Assembly: GCA_034530615.2 (NCBI GenBank)
Contig: JAVRCV020000080.1
Span: 28,380 to 92,379 of the forward strand
Direction of reading: 5' to 3'
Length of the DNA: 64,000 nucleotides
DNA from: Aulosira sp. ZfuVER01
GTDB taxonomy: Bacteria > Cyanobacteriota > Cyanobacteriia > Cyanobacteriales > Nostocaceae
Part shown: positions 41,700 through 52,266 of the stretch, in pieces
How the letters are laid out: each line of letters opens with the position of its first letter
How positions within the stretch are numbered: the stretch's first letter is position 1
Position numbers and translations under genes: made by a program
The notes under the pieces: generated by a model
Seen by the model: only the letters and a program-made list of their open reading frames with translations
Databases searched by the model: none
What the model was told of the DNA's origin: nothing

Positions 41700-43259
41700 C
41701 TATTCACCCTTGTGCAAAACTTCCTGAAGCATAGGCGCAAGCTCTTTACTTAACCGACCAGACTTGACAAATTCTGCATAAGTATCTGCCTCAATTGCCA
41801 AAAGTTCTGCACGAAATTGTTCTAATGTAAAGCTTTGAAGATTTGGATACTCTTTTTGTAATTTATCTATTTCTGCTTGTAAATCTTCAAATTCACCTTT
41901 GATTAGCACCTCCTGATAACGGTAAAATTCTCGATCTATACCTGGGCGTCGATCGCTTTGAAGATATTGCAGAACTCGTTCTAACGCTACATGACGAGCA
42001 ACCAATTCTAAATAGCGATCGCGTAAGGGAGCATCGCCTAAAAGATTGAGTTTTTGCAACAAAGGTTTAATGGTTAATCCTTGTACTAATAGAGTAAATA
42101 GAACCACCCCAAATACTGTAGCAATGATTTTTTCTCTTTCTAGTAGTATTGTCGGTACGCTTAATGCCAAGGCAATCGAAACAGAACCGCGTAATCCACC
42201 CCACCACAAGATAGTTTGGTCAGGTAAAGAAATTTCTGAGTTAGTGACCTTACTACTTAAGTAGCTGAGAAGATAAATCGCAATTAAGCGCATCAAAATC
42301 ATCGCTCCCACTGTGATAGCAATGATGTGAAAATTTTCTGCCAAACTTGTAAAGTGAATTTGGTCGCCAATTAACAGAAAGACTATTGAGTTGACAAAGA
42401 AAGCCAAAAATTCCCAAAACTCAGAAACAATTATTCGGGTACGAGGATTCATCCCTATGCGAGAGCCAAAGTTACCCAGAATCAGGCCTGTGGTTACAAC
42501 CCCAATCACTCCCGAACCACCCAAGTCTTCTGTAATTAGGTAAGTACCGTAAGCAGAAACCAAAGTCAGAGACTGTTCCACCATTGGTAAATCAAAGCGT
42601 TGGGTGAGGTAGGAAATCCCAAACCCAATTAAACCTCCCACTGCGACACCAATACCGACAACTGTAAAAAACTGCAACAAAATTGCTTGAAGTCCCAATT
42701 GGGCATTTCCTAAAGGCAAGGCTACTAAAAAACCAAAGGCAACTACTGCCATGCCATCATTAAATAAGCTTTCGCCTTCCATTAAGGTGCTAAGACGGCT
42801 ACCTACACCTAATTCTCGAAACAAAGCAGTCACAGAAACAGGATCGGTAGCTGACAAACTCGCTCCAATTAGGAGAGCTGTAGTTAATGATAGTCCAGCA
42901 TATTGATTAAGACCTATTGCCACCCCAACAATAGAAATGACTACTCCCAACACTGCATACAAGCAAATTGGTAGTAAATCCCGCTTCAATTCCAACCATT
43001 TCAAATTCCATGCGGCTTCAAATAACAAGGGTGGTAAAAAGATTAACAAGATTAATTCCGGCGAAAGGTTGACTAAGCGAATATCAACAAATGCCAACCC
43101 CAATCCGACAATTACAAGTAGTAAGGTATAAGGAATTTGGCGAAACCAGCTAAATATTTGTGGTAAAGTTGCTACTCCTAAAGATACTGAAAGTACTAAA
43201 AGAAATTGCTTTATATTACCCGCAATAACTTCCTCACCAATTGCCGATGCAAGCATCAT
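41700..43259 (-). CDS. Na+/H+ antiporter, CPA1 (NhaP-like)
   Basis: FLPPLLFEA, ATDPV, GESLFNDG, GLRG. Confidence 0.92.
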   Translation of the reverse strand: MMLASAIGEEVIAGNIKQFLLVLSVSLGVATLPQIFSWFRQIPYTLLLVIVGLGLAFVDIRLVNLSPELILLIFLPPLLFEAAWNLKWLELKRDLLPICLYAVLGVVISIVGVAIGLNQYAGLSLTTALLIGASLSATDPVSVTALFRELGVGSRLSTLMEGESLFNDGMAVVAFGFLVALPLGNAQLGLQAILLQFFTVVGIGVAVGGLIGFGISYLTQRFDLPMVEQSLTLVSAYGTYLITEDLGGSGVIGVVTTGLILGNFGSRIGMNPRTRIIVSEFWEFLAFFVNSIVFLLIGDQIHFTSLAENFHIIAITVGAMILMRLIAIYLLSYLSSKVTNSEISLPDQTILWWGGLRGSVSIALALSVPTILLEREKIIATVFGVVLFTLLVQGLTIKPLLQKLNLLGDAPLRDRYLELVARHVALERVLQYLQSDRRPGIDREFYRYQEVLIKGEFEDLQAEIDKLQKEYPNLQSFTLEQFRAELLAIEADTYAEFVKSGRLSKELAPMLQEVLHKGE

Positions 43260-43382
43260 ACAGAGAATCCTGGTAAAATTTTGCCTGAAAGCATCTGACT
43301 ATTTTCAGATGACACAACTTAAGTATGGGATTTTAATTAACCAATAACAAAAAATCTACCGCTAACTATAGTATTTAGGAGG

Positions 43383-44393
43383 ATGGTCTTGGGTATTAAC
43401 ATTCGAGATCGTTTTAAAAATTTTCGTCGTAGAGGATCTCAACCCGAGCAACTTCAACAGCTACAAACGGAGTTGTTGGAGGAATCAACCTTAGACCCAT
43501 CCTACCTAACTTTGATTGTTGGTTCCTGCGCGATCGCGACTTTCGGTCTATTGTCGAACAGTAGTGCTGTAATTATCGGTGCCATGATTATTGCACCCCT
43601 GATGTTACCCATTCGGGGGCTAGCCTTTGGCGCTTTAGAAGGTAATATTCTTCTCTTCCGCAAAGGCATAATTGCTGTAGTGGTGGGAACGCTCCTGGCC
43701 GTAGTTATGGCTTACAGCTTAGGTATACTCGTGCCGATACCCAGTTACGGCAGTGAAGTGCTAGCCCGTTCCGAACCCACACTATTAGATTTAGGAATTG
43801 CGGTAGCAGCAGGTGGTATCAGTGGCTACGCTAAGGTGCAACCAAAAATTTCTGGTAGTGTGGCAGGAACTGCGATCGCAGTTGCGCTTATGCCCCCTAT
43901 TTGTGTGATTGGATTAGGCTTGGCGCAAGGAAACTTGTCTCTAAGTTTAGGAGCAACCCTACTTTACCTCACTAATTTACTGGGCATTACTTTATCCTGT
44001 ATGCTGACATTCTTGGTAGCAGGATACACAACTTTATCACGAGCACGTCGCCCTCTACTTTGGACATTGGCTTTGACGGCAGTTTTGCTGATTCCTTTGG
44101 GTGTCAGCTTTGCTCGACTTGTGCGACAAGGACAATTAGAACTCAGCTTACAAAGGGCATTATTGAATCGAACCGTCACCTTTCAACGCTTACGGTTAAT
44201 TAATAGTAATACAAACTGGCTGGCAAATCCGCCAGTAGTCCGTTTGATTGTGCGAGCGCAGGAACCAGTGACACCTCGACAAGTACAGTTATTAGAAAAA
44301 TTTGTTGAACGTGAGATGGGGCAACCATTCACCCTAATTTTTGAAGTTGGTCAAGTAGAAGAAGTTCGCGCAGCAGATTCTCAATCTAAATAG
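43383..44393 (+). CDS. DUF389 (TIGR00341) membrane protein
   Basis: IIGAMIIAPLM, GTAIAVALMPP. Confidence 0.88.
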   Translation: MVLGINIRDRFKNFRRRGSQPEQLQQLQTELLEESTLDPSYLTLIVGSCAIATFGLLSNSSAVIIGAMIIAPLMLPIRGLAFGALEGNILLFRKGIIAVVVGTLLAVVMAYSLGILVPIPSYGSEVLARSEPTLLDLGIAVAAGGISGYAKVQPKISGSVAGTAIAVALMPPICVIGLGLAQGNLSLSLGATLLYLTNLLGITLSCMLTFLVAGYTTLSRARRPLLWTLALTAVLLIPLGVSFARLVRQGQLELSLQRALLNRTVTFQRLRLINSNTNWLANPPVVRLIVRAQEPVTPRQVQLLEKFVEREMGQPFTLIFEVGQVEEVRAADSQSK

Positions 44394-44470
44394 TCATTTG
44401 TCATTTGTTCTTCTCTTCCTTATCCTCCTTATCCTCTCATCTCCCCAATGCCCTATGCCCAATTTTCACC

Positions 44471-47400
44471 CTAAACTTCTTGCTCTACTCTGTAATTTTT
44501 TACTTGATATTTTGCCATCAACTTTTTAACTTGAGCCGCTACAAGTGGGTGTTTATCTTTTTGCAGTTGAGGAAGTAGTTCTAGAATCACACGGCGTGAC
44601 ACTACACTGAGATAGGCGATCGCGGCTTCCCTCACAAAGCCTGTGGGATGGCGCAGCGAAATCATAATTTCTGGAGTTGTCAATCGGATGTGGCTAACTT
44701 GTGCAAAATGAAAACAGCAAGCTAAACACCAGTCAGACAGGAAATTAGATAGCATCAACAACCTACGCAGCCTCTCGCTGACTGACAACTGTTGATATTC
44801 TCCCAACCCTGCTGCTTTCAGCAGATAGAGTTTTTCTTCGTGCGATCGCCGATCTAAAATATTCAACAACAACGCTTTGCAAGACAGATTAACGGTATGG
44901 TCTAAAATTTCTAAACCTCTGGCTAAGTTGGCTCCTGAATCAGACCGAAGATTGAAAGCCGCTGCTTGCATTTTTTCTGGAGAATAAATCAACTTCAGTA
45001 GCAGGATTAATCTTTCTTTAACATCTATTTCTAACTCTAAAAGCGCGCGTAGTAGTAACTCAAAAACTACTTTTGATTGTTGATTTTCGAGGTGTTGTTG
45101 CAGTGTAAAGTCTATATGTGCTGCATAAATCTCGCCTAAAAACTTTAATTCTTGCTTAATTAAAGTTTCTACTCTACCTTCATAAAATTGATCTTCTAAA
45201 CTTCTAATTTCTGGTTGTTTATGTATTTTTAATAAGCTACGGAGGATATGATACCTGTTAGAACCCCAAGATTGTTCCAAGTTTTGCCATAAACAATCTA
45301 CAGCTTCTAAAGTGCCTATCTGACCAATAGTACGCCAAGCATACATCCGTACTATTTCAGGTTTGTAAATATTGGTAGCTAGGCGCAACAGCATTTCTAG
45401 CGCTTCATTTTCTAATTGTACTAAGGCACGCATTGCTGTGCTGCGAGTGGACTTATAATATAGTGCTGCCAAAAGTGCCGAATAGTATTCCTCTAAACGA
45501 GTAGCCGCAATCATTTCCAAGACAGCACAACGCACCCGTAACGACTCATCCTGCAATAAATTCGGGATGTGAATCCGTAAAGCTTGTAAATAAACAGCTT
45601 CTCTCAAAGCTTTAACTCCATTCACCCGTTCTCGTTCGTTTTTATGAGTCAGCATTCGGCGCATGGCTTTGGTTGCTGCTACCTTTTGTATTGGTGTTCC
45701 CTGACGCAACAGTAGGGCGGCGGCGGTGGCGCGGATGAGTGAGTGTTGTCGTGGGTGTAGATACTCTTCTAATAGGCTTAAATTAGGATGTGGTTCAGCC
45801 AGCCAAACGTAGCGCAAGGCGAGTGCAAACACCTCTGGGGTGACAGTACCTTGAAGCTGTTCCAATAAAGGGCGGACGTAGGGCAAATAAGTTGGATTAG
45901 CTTCCGCCATCAGCATGACTTCCAAGCTTTGGCATTGCAAATCAGGGGGTAATTTTACTAGTAAAGGTGCTAAAATTTCCCCCGCACCTTGGAGATCTAT
46001 TTGAGCTAAAAGTTCAATACAAGAGCGTTTATCTGCCAAACTGCCCTTTTCTGCTAAAGCCTTAACTACTCCTTGCTGAAAAACTCGCAGGCCCACATTT
46101 GCGGCACTCAGTTCACCTCGATCTGCACTTAAAACTAATAAGTCAACATAGCGCGATCGCAGCATTAAAACTACTTTTAAACAGATACCAGCAACTACGA
46201 CTGTTTCTGCGATAAACACCCATTTTTGTAGTGCTTCAGGGACAAACCGTCCGCAAATCAACAAGGTAACAAAAATTACTACTCCAGCGAAGCCTGTAGC
46301 GATCGCATCTGCCGTTCCTCCTGATAATATTTGCGTTCGGCTGCGGATTCGTTCGGGTATTGGTTGGTACAGTGCTGGGCCGCTACTCATGATAAAGGTG
46401 TAGCGTAAAAGTTCATCGCAGAATTTGAGAATTATTAATCCCCAAAAAAAGCTGGACAATTGCAGTCCAGGAAATAAATTAAATACAGCGATCCCACCAG
46501 GAATCAGACAGCCTACAGTGATTGGTAATAAAGCTGCTGCAAAAAACACTCCAATACGTTCGATCAGGCGGCTGGAGATAAACCACTGTGTCATTAACTC
46601 ACACAGCCCCAACATTCCACCAAATAGTCCTAAGAAACTAGCAAGGTCTTTGTCACCGAAATTGGACTTTAATTCGCTCAGATATTGGAAATCTATCAAT
46701 AACCCAATAATTTGTAAAAGACCAACAAAAGCAAACAGTTGCCATATATAAGTTTTTAGTGGCGTTTCCAGGCGGCGGTGTCGGGAAGTTGGTTCTTGAG
46801 AATTTAGTCGTTGTGGCGCGTCAGGAAATGCTTCTCGATAGTGATGACTTAGATATAGGAGAATTCCTGACCCCAAAATAATCACTACGCAAGCAATGAC
46901 GATGACCTTATTCAGCTTGACGAATTCCAGCAACCACGGCAAACTGAAGCCGCTAATTACATCAGCTACTAACAAACCACTACTTACCAGTGGATAGGTG
47001 CGCTTAATTTCACGAATATTAAATAGTTGATTAGCAACAATTGAGGTGTTGAGGTCATTGACTACATAAAGTGCGTCTACCCATAGCCGCATCAAAAATA
47101 CAATCACAACCGTCAAGTAGGAAATATGTATTCCCCAATGTAAAAATACTAATAAAAGTAATGGCGTGACCATGCAAGGTGCGATCGCCACAATTACCCA
47201 GCGCAAAGGGAAAATCTTCTGTAGCCAAGAATATAAAACAACCAGCCCAAAACCGATGGCCGCACTAGCGATATACATTAAAGGCAGTGGCCCGGCTCCA
47301 TATTCGTCTAAAAACAGCGCTACTGTACTGTCTTCCGCCCACCGCAATCCTACAGATACAGTTGTATAAAAGGCAAACATCATCCACGTCCGTTCGCTCT

Positions 47401-47482
47401 CCTCAGGTCGTAGATTTAACCACTGTAGCAGCCGTGCCCGAGTGCCTCTATTTGCAGCCAACCAGTTATTTTTCAGTTCCAT
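44471..47482 (-). CDS. Npt/TLC-like MFS domain fused to HEAT repeats
   Basis: About 12 N-terminal TM helices (FNIREIKRTYPL) followed by alpha-helical HEAT-like repeats. Confidence 0.75.
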   Translation of the reverse strand: MELKNNWLAANRGTRARLLQWLNLRPEESERTWMMFAFYTTVSVGLRWAEDSTVALFLDEYGAGPLPLMYIASAAIGFGLVVLYSWLQKIFPLRWVIVAIAPCMVTPLLLLVFLHWGIHISYLTVVIVFLMRLWVDALYVVNDLNTSIVANQLFNIREIKRTYPLVSSGLLVADVISGFSLPWLLEFVKLNKVIVIACVVIILGSGILLYLSHHYREAFPDAPQRLNSQEPTSRHRRLETPLKTYIWQLFAFVGLLQIIGLLIDFQYLSELKSNFGDKDLASFLGLFGGMLGLCELMTQWFISSRLIERIGVFFAAALLPITVGCLIPGGIAVFNLFPGLQLSSFFWGLIILKFCDELLRYTFIMSSGPALYQPIPERIRSRTQILSGGTADAIATGFAGVVIFVTLLICGRFVPEALQKWVFIAETVVVAGICLKVVLMLRSRYVDLLVLSADRGELSAANVGLRVFQQGVVKALAEKGSLADKRSCIELLAQIDLQGAGEILAPLLVKLPPDLQCQSLEVMLMAEANPTYLPYVRPLLEQLQGTVTPEVFALALRYVWLAEPHPNLSLLEEYLHPRQHSLIRATAAALLLRQGTPIQKVAATKAMRRMLTHKNERERVNGVKALREAVYLQALRIHIPNLLQDESLRVRCAVLEMIAATRLEEYYSALLAALYYKSTRSTAMRALVQLENEALEMLLRLATNIYKPEIVRMYAWRTIGQIGTLEAVDCLWQNLEQSWGSNRYHILRSLLKIHKQPEIRSLEDQFYEGRVETLIKQELKFLGEIYAAHIDFTLQQHLENQQSKVVFELLLRALLELEIDVKERLILLLKLIYSPEKMQAAAFNLRSDSGANLARGLEILDHTVNLSCKALLLNILDRRSHEEKLYLLKAAGLGEYQQLSVSERLRRLLMLSNFLSDWCLACCFHFAQVSHIRLTTPEIMISLRHPTGFVREAAIAYLSVVSRRVILELLPQLQKDKHPLVAAQVKKLMAKYQVKNYRVEQEV

Positions 47483-47700
47483 TCAGTTTTTCTTTCTGGT
47501 ATCTTTACCGTGCAAAGGGCAAGTAATTTTTAATGGGGAATGGGGCATTGGAAACAATTTTGGATTTTGAATTGGCGATTTGGGATTAGATATGAATCTA
47601 AAATTCCTTATCTGCCTAATCTCCTTTCCGCCCAGCCTTTTCCAGTCCTTAGTCTCCTGAACAAGAAAGAGTTGCAACAGACTTACCTAGAAACGGCAAA

Positions 47701-47747
47701 AGTCCTGAACAACTGAGTATTATTTTTCCCACTCAGCGTTCAGGACT
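47701..47747 (-). terminator. Long hairpin downstream of infC
   Basis: AGTCCTGAAC..CTGAGT / ACTCAG.GTTCAGGACT; short U-tract on the minus strand. Confidence 0.5.
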
Positions 47748-47835
47748 ATCATTTTTCGATAAATTTTCTCGGCTTCAGTAACGGTGATAAATCTTCAGTT
47801 CTGATTTATACTTCTTGCGTAGAACAGTTGGAAGA

Positions 47836-48369
47836 TTACTTTTTGGGAGATATCAACATCATCATGTTTCTTCCTTCTTTCTTTGGTGCTTGCTGCACCT
47901 CGCCAAATGGCTCCAAATCAGTTGCCATTCGCTTGAGTAAATCTTCTGCTAAGTCACTGTGTTGAATTTCTCGACCCCGGAACATCACTGTGGCTTTGAC
48001 TTTATCGCCGTCTTTCAGAAAGCGCTCTGCTTGCTTGACACGCACGTTGTAGTCGTGTTCTTCTATCTTGTAGCGCATCTTCACTTCTTTGACATCAGCC
48101 GTGTGCTGCTTCTTCCGGGCTTCCCGCGCCTTCTTCTCTTGTTCAAACTTGTATTTCCCATAGTCCATAATCCGACAAACCGGCGGGTCAGCCTTATCAC
48201 TGAGCAGCACTAAATCCAACTCTTTTTCTTCAGCTAGTTGTAGTGCTTCTTGGGGAGGCATAATCCCCAGTTGAGCGCCATCAGTGTCAATGACCCGAAT
48301 TTTCGGGAAGCGAATACGTTCGTTAATTTGGGGCAGATCGCGAGTTCTTTTTTTCTCAATCACAGGCAT
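47836..48369 (-). CDS. infC: Translation initiation factor IF-3
   Basis: [24 protein letters not shown]. Confidence 0.97.
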   Translation of the reverse strand: MPVIEKKRTRDLPQINERIRFPKIRVIDTDGAQLGIMPPQEALQLAEEKELDLVLLSDKADPPVCRIMDYGKYKFEQEKKAREARKKQHTADVKEVKMRYKIEEHDYNVRVKQAERFLKDGDKVKATVMFRGREIQHSDLAEDLLKRMATDLEPFGEVQQAPKKEGRNMMMLISPKK

Positions 48370-48872
48370 TATGATTCGTGGGAGCTCTTTATTTAAGAAT
48401 TTGGCTTGGTCTTGATTGGCTTAGTTTTTGATTGGTATGCCTCAGGGTAAAGTAGCAAAATAGCTGAGGACTTAAAAAATGAGCCTTACAGTTCTAGCTT
48501 AACTAATCCATAAGGCAGTTGTAATTTAGTTTGTATTTGTCATTTTACTAATTCTCAGAGAAATTCTCTGAAATTATTAATCTAAACTACACAACTTAGA
48601 AGAACATTAATTATTGTATCAATTAGTTAAGAATTGATTGACATTCGGTTCTCCAAGTATATTTCCAGAATAGCAAGATTACAGATAAAATACTTTATTA
48701 CCAATAAATTGTAATATTTTATACAAATATTTACAATTGACAAAAGTCACGATGGTCAGATTGCCAACTTCTTCAAAAAGTCGATAATCTTGCAACCCAT
48801 CCAAAATAGTTGTAATGAAGCTCTTAAGATTGGAATTAAGAGGATTTCGCTATTGAAGGATGGGAGGGAAAT

Positions 48873-49850
48873 GTGAGCACTGGGGTACACTGGCAACAAA
48901 GGGTTGGTAATCAAAGAGATTGGATTTGGCGAGGCTGGCAAACCCGCTATACTTATATCCGCTCTGCTCAAAATTACCAAAAGACCATACCCTTGATTTT
49001 GTTACATGGGTTTGGTGCTTCTATTGGTCATTGGCGACATAATTTAGAAGTATTAGCAGAACACCACACAGTCTATGCCCTAGATATGTTGGGCTTTGGC
49101 GCTTCGGAAAAAGCCTCGGTTAACTACAGCATAGAAATGTGGGTAGAGCAAGTTTACGACTTTTGGAAAGCCTTTATTCGTCAACCAGCAATCTTAATCG
49201 GTAATTCCAATGGTTCACTAATTTCCTTAGCTGCGGCTGCCGCTCATCCTGAAATGGTGCGAGGTATAGTGATGATGAGTTTGCCCGATCCTTCTTTGGA
49301 GCAAGAAGCGATCCCGGCTCGACTGCGACCTATTTTAATGCCAATTATCACAACAATTAAAAAGATAGTCGCTTCCCCAGTTGTACTAAAACCTGTCTTT
49401 CATTTTGTGCGCCAACCAAGTATACTGCGTCGCTGGGCTAGCCTTGCCTATGCTAACCCAGCGGCGATTACCGATGAACTTATAGATATTTTAGCTGGAC
49501 CACCTCAAGATAGAGGTTCTGCCCGTGCTTTTAGTGCCTTGTTTAAAGCGGCTATGGGCGTGAACTTTAGTCCTAGCGTCAAGACTGTATTACCAACCCT
49601 AACAATACCCATGCTTTTGATTTGGGGACAGAAAGACCGATTTATTCCTCCAGCACTGGCTAACCAATTTGCTCACTACAACGAGAAATTGCAACTGCTT
49701 AATTTAGAAGATGTGGGGCATTGTCCCCATGATGAAAGTCCAGAACAAGTCAACCAGGCTATTTTAGATTGGATTAATCAGAGCCTTACTGATACCCAAC
49801 AGCTTGCGACTTCCCCAAATAATTCAAGTTTGTCGTCCTCAGGACTTTAG
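48873..49850 (+). CDS. Alpha/beta fold hydrolase
   Basis: LHGFGAS, GNSNG, GHCPHDE. Confidence 0.9.
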   Translation: MSTGVHWQQRVGNQRDWIWRGWQTRYTYIRSAQNYQKTIPLILLHGFGASIGHWRHNLEVLAEHHTVYALDMLGFGASEKASVNYSIEMWVEQVYDFWKAFIRQPAILIGNSNGSLISLAAAAAHPEMVRGIVMMSLPDPSLEQEAIPARLRPILMPIITTIKKIVASPVVLKPVFHFVRQPSILRRWASLAYANPAAITDELIDILAGPPQDRGSARAFSALFKAAMGVNFSPSVKTVLPTLTIPMLLIWGQKDRFIPPALANQFAHYNEKLQLLNLEDVGHCPHDESPEQVNQAILDWINQSLTDTQQLATSPNNSSLSSSGL

Positions 49851-49888
49851 TCCTGATTGGAAGCACTTCCGTGCTTACTACTTAACAG

Positions 49889-50287
49889 CTAGCCAATGGT
49901 TACTTGGTTAGTTTCAACACCTGTTGCGCCATTAACCGAACGTGCTACAGAAACCATGCGATTGAGAATATCCTGACTGGGAACTTTACCTTTGAGTACT
50001 ACAGTCCCACCTGTCTGAGCAACCCAGAGGGTATCAACATCGTCAAGTTGGGCATCTTGATCAAATGCTAGTGCTACCCGCTTTGCCAAACCACTTTGAT
50101 CGTATTCTCCATTTAAGCCTAAACGTTCTGGGGGAATAGATTGTGTAGCCGTAGATGGGGCAGTAGTTTCAGAAGCAAAGGTAGCATTAGAAGTAGCATT
50201 AGAAGCTTGTGGTACTGCTTGGGGAGTAGGGTTTACTTCTGCGTTTTGCGGTTTTTCTAATCCAAATAGTCTTTTGAGCCAACCCAT
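49889..50287 (-). CDS. BON-domain protein
   Basis: GEYDQSGLAKRV...VVLKGKV...GATGVETNQV. Confidence 0.8.
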   Translation of the reverse strand: MGWLKRLFGLEKPQNAEVNPTPQAVPQASNATSNATFASETTAPSTATQSIPPERLGLNGEYDQSGLAKRVALAFDQDAQLDDVDTLWVAQTGGTVVLKGKVPSQDILNRMVSVARSVNGATGVETNQVTIG

Positions 50288-50569
50288 AAAATCTTTTCTC
50301 CTATAAGAAGTTCTTACAATATGAGGATAAAATTTTTACAGATTGCCCACATCTGCCCGTGAAAAGATATTCACCCAGAAAGGTTTCTGCTTGCAGGATG
50401 ATTTGTGCAGAATTTTAACTTCTGTCGAGGAGTGTAATGAGTGCAGTCTTGAGTTTAGAATTAAAGATCAGATTTACTTAGAAATTTAGTAGGCAGTACG
50501 TGTAGGGCAGCAGTTAGCTAATGTTTATATTTGGTGAGATGCTGCCTGAGCCTGTGTTTGCAAAGAAAG

Positions 50570-51091
50570 ATGAAACATACCCTTTCAGTTCTGGTAGAAG
50601 ATGAGGCGGGGGTTCTATCCCGCATTTCTAGTTTATTTGCTCGTCGCGGTTTTAATATAGAAAGCCTTGCTGTTGGGCCAGCTGAGCAGGGAGGAGTTTC
50701 CCGGATTACGATGGTTGTACCTGGTGACGATCGCGTAATTGAACAGCTTACAAAGCAACTATATAAGTTGGTTAATGTCCTCAAAGTGCAGGATATTACC
50801 GAAACTCCCTGTGTTGAGCGAGAATTGATGCTCCTCAAGGTAAATGCTACTAGCAGCAACCGTTCAGAAGTCATCGAACTATCTCAGATTTTCCGGGCGC
50901 GAGTGGTAGATGTAGCAGAAGATTCTCTCACGCTGGAAGTAGTAGGCGATCCCGGTAAGTTGGTGGCAATTGTTCAGGTGCTACAGAAATTCGGTTTAAG
51001 GGAAATAGCCCGAACTGGTAAAATTGCGCTGACCCGTGAATCGGGTGTGAATACTGAGTTGCTCAAATCTTTGGAAGCAAAGGTGAGTTAG
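50570..51091 (+). CDS. ilvN: Acetolactate synthase small subunit
   Basis: [19 protein letters not shown]...RRGFNIESL. Confidence 0.95.
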   Translation: MKHTLSVLVEDEAGVLSRISSLFARRGFNIESLAVGPAEQGGVSRITMVVPGDDRVIEQLTKQLYKLVNVLKVQDITETPCVERELMLLKVNATSSNRSEVIELSQIFRARVVDVAEDSLTLEVVGDPGKLVAIVQVLQKFGLREIARTGKIALTRESGVNTELLKSLEAKVS

Positions 51092-51097
51092 CAAAAT

Positions 51098-51952
51098 CTA
51101 CAAACCCATTGAGTGTAAAACCACACGGTCATACACTTTATCGGGTAAAAGATACTTGAGCATGGCGGCAATTTTGGCGTCTTGTCCTACGAGATAGCGC
51201 GTCTTGGGATGTTTGGCGGTGAGTGCATGGACAACAGCCTGAGCGACAATATCCGCAGAAATTCCCTTTGATGCCAAAATTCCTACTTGTTTACGAACTG
51301 CATTCATCGCCTGACCGTAGAGATTTTGGGCGGATTCAGGAAGATTTTCCTTGTCTATGTCGGCTTGAGTCAGGGACTTGTCCCAAATTGGTGTAGCAAT
51401 TGTACCCGGTTCAATAATTGAAACTGAGATTCCCCAAGGTCGTAATTCCATACGCATGACATCGGTGATAGCTTCCAGGGCAAATTTGGAAGCATTATAA
51501 GCACCCAAAAAGGGAGCCGCACTTCGACCAGCAATCGAACCCATATTGACAATTCGACCCCGACCTTGGCGCAGTAAACCTAGAAATGCTTGGGTAACTG
51601 CGAGTTGTCCGGTGAGATTAACTTGTATTTGCTGTTGAAATTCGGCAATTGGTAGCAACTCTAACGGCCCGGGAATGGCAATTCCGGCATTATTAACTAA
51701 TCCCGAAAGCTTACCATTACTTGCATTTGTGACTGTCTCAACTGCAAATGCGATCGCATCAACGTCGGTAACATCCAAGAAAATCGGGGTGAGTCTTGGT
51801 GAAGCTTGCTGTTTGAGTTTTTCAGCATGAACTTCTTGACGCACACCAGCAAAGACAGAAAATCCCAACCGATCTAAAAGCAAAGCACAGGCTTCACCAA
51901 TTCCTGTGGATGCGCCTGTAATTACGACTGTACCTAAAGTTTCGGTAAACAT
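51098..51952 (-). CDS. SDR oxidoreductase (retinol dehydrogenase-like)
   Basis: TGASTGIG, NNAG, YNASK. Confidence 0.9.
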   Translation of the reverse strand: MFTETLGTVVITGASTGIGEACALLLDRLGFSVFAGVRQEVHAEKLKQQASPRLTPIFLDVTDVDAIAFAVETVTNASNGKLSGLVNNAGIAIPGPLELLPIAEFQQQIQVNLTGQLAVTQAFLGLLRQGRGRIVNMGSIAGRSAAPFLGAYNASKFALEAITDVMRMELRPWGISVSIIEPGTIATPIWDKSLTQADIDKENLPESAQNLYGQAMNAVRKQVGILASKGISADIVAQAVVHALTAKHPKTRYLVGQDAKIAAMLKYLLPDKVYDRVVLHSMGL

Positions 51953-52266
51953 TCGTCTTCTCTACGCCACGACCTCTTAACTATAAAATTACTTGTTGAG
52001 TACAAATGAAAGCTTTGCTACGGCCGCACTGTTGTCATGATTTTGTAATACCAATGTCAAAACCTTGTGTGATATTGAATTTGGTATTTGGTTACAAAAT
52101 GCTTTGATTTCGGTTAGAGGTGGGGTTTCCTGCCTTTAACTGATTTTTTCTAGAATTTCATTGTCATTAGAGCAAAAAGTTCTGCGTTGGCGTAGCGTCT
52201 CATTCGCCGAAGTAGTTCCCGAAGCGTAGAGAAACTCATCAAAGGTATCGCTCTAGAATTACACAT

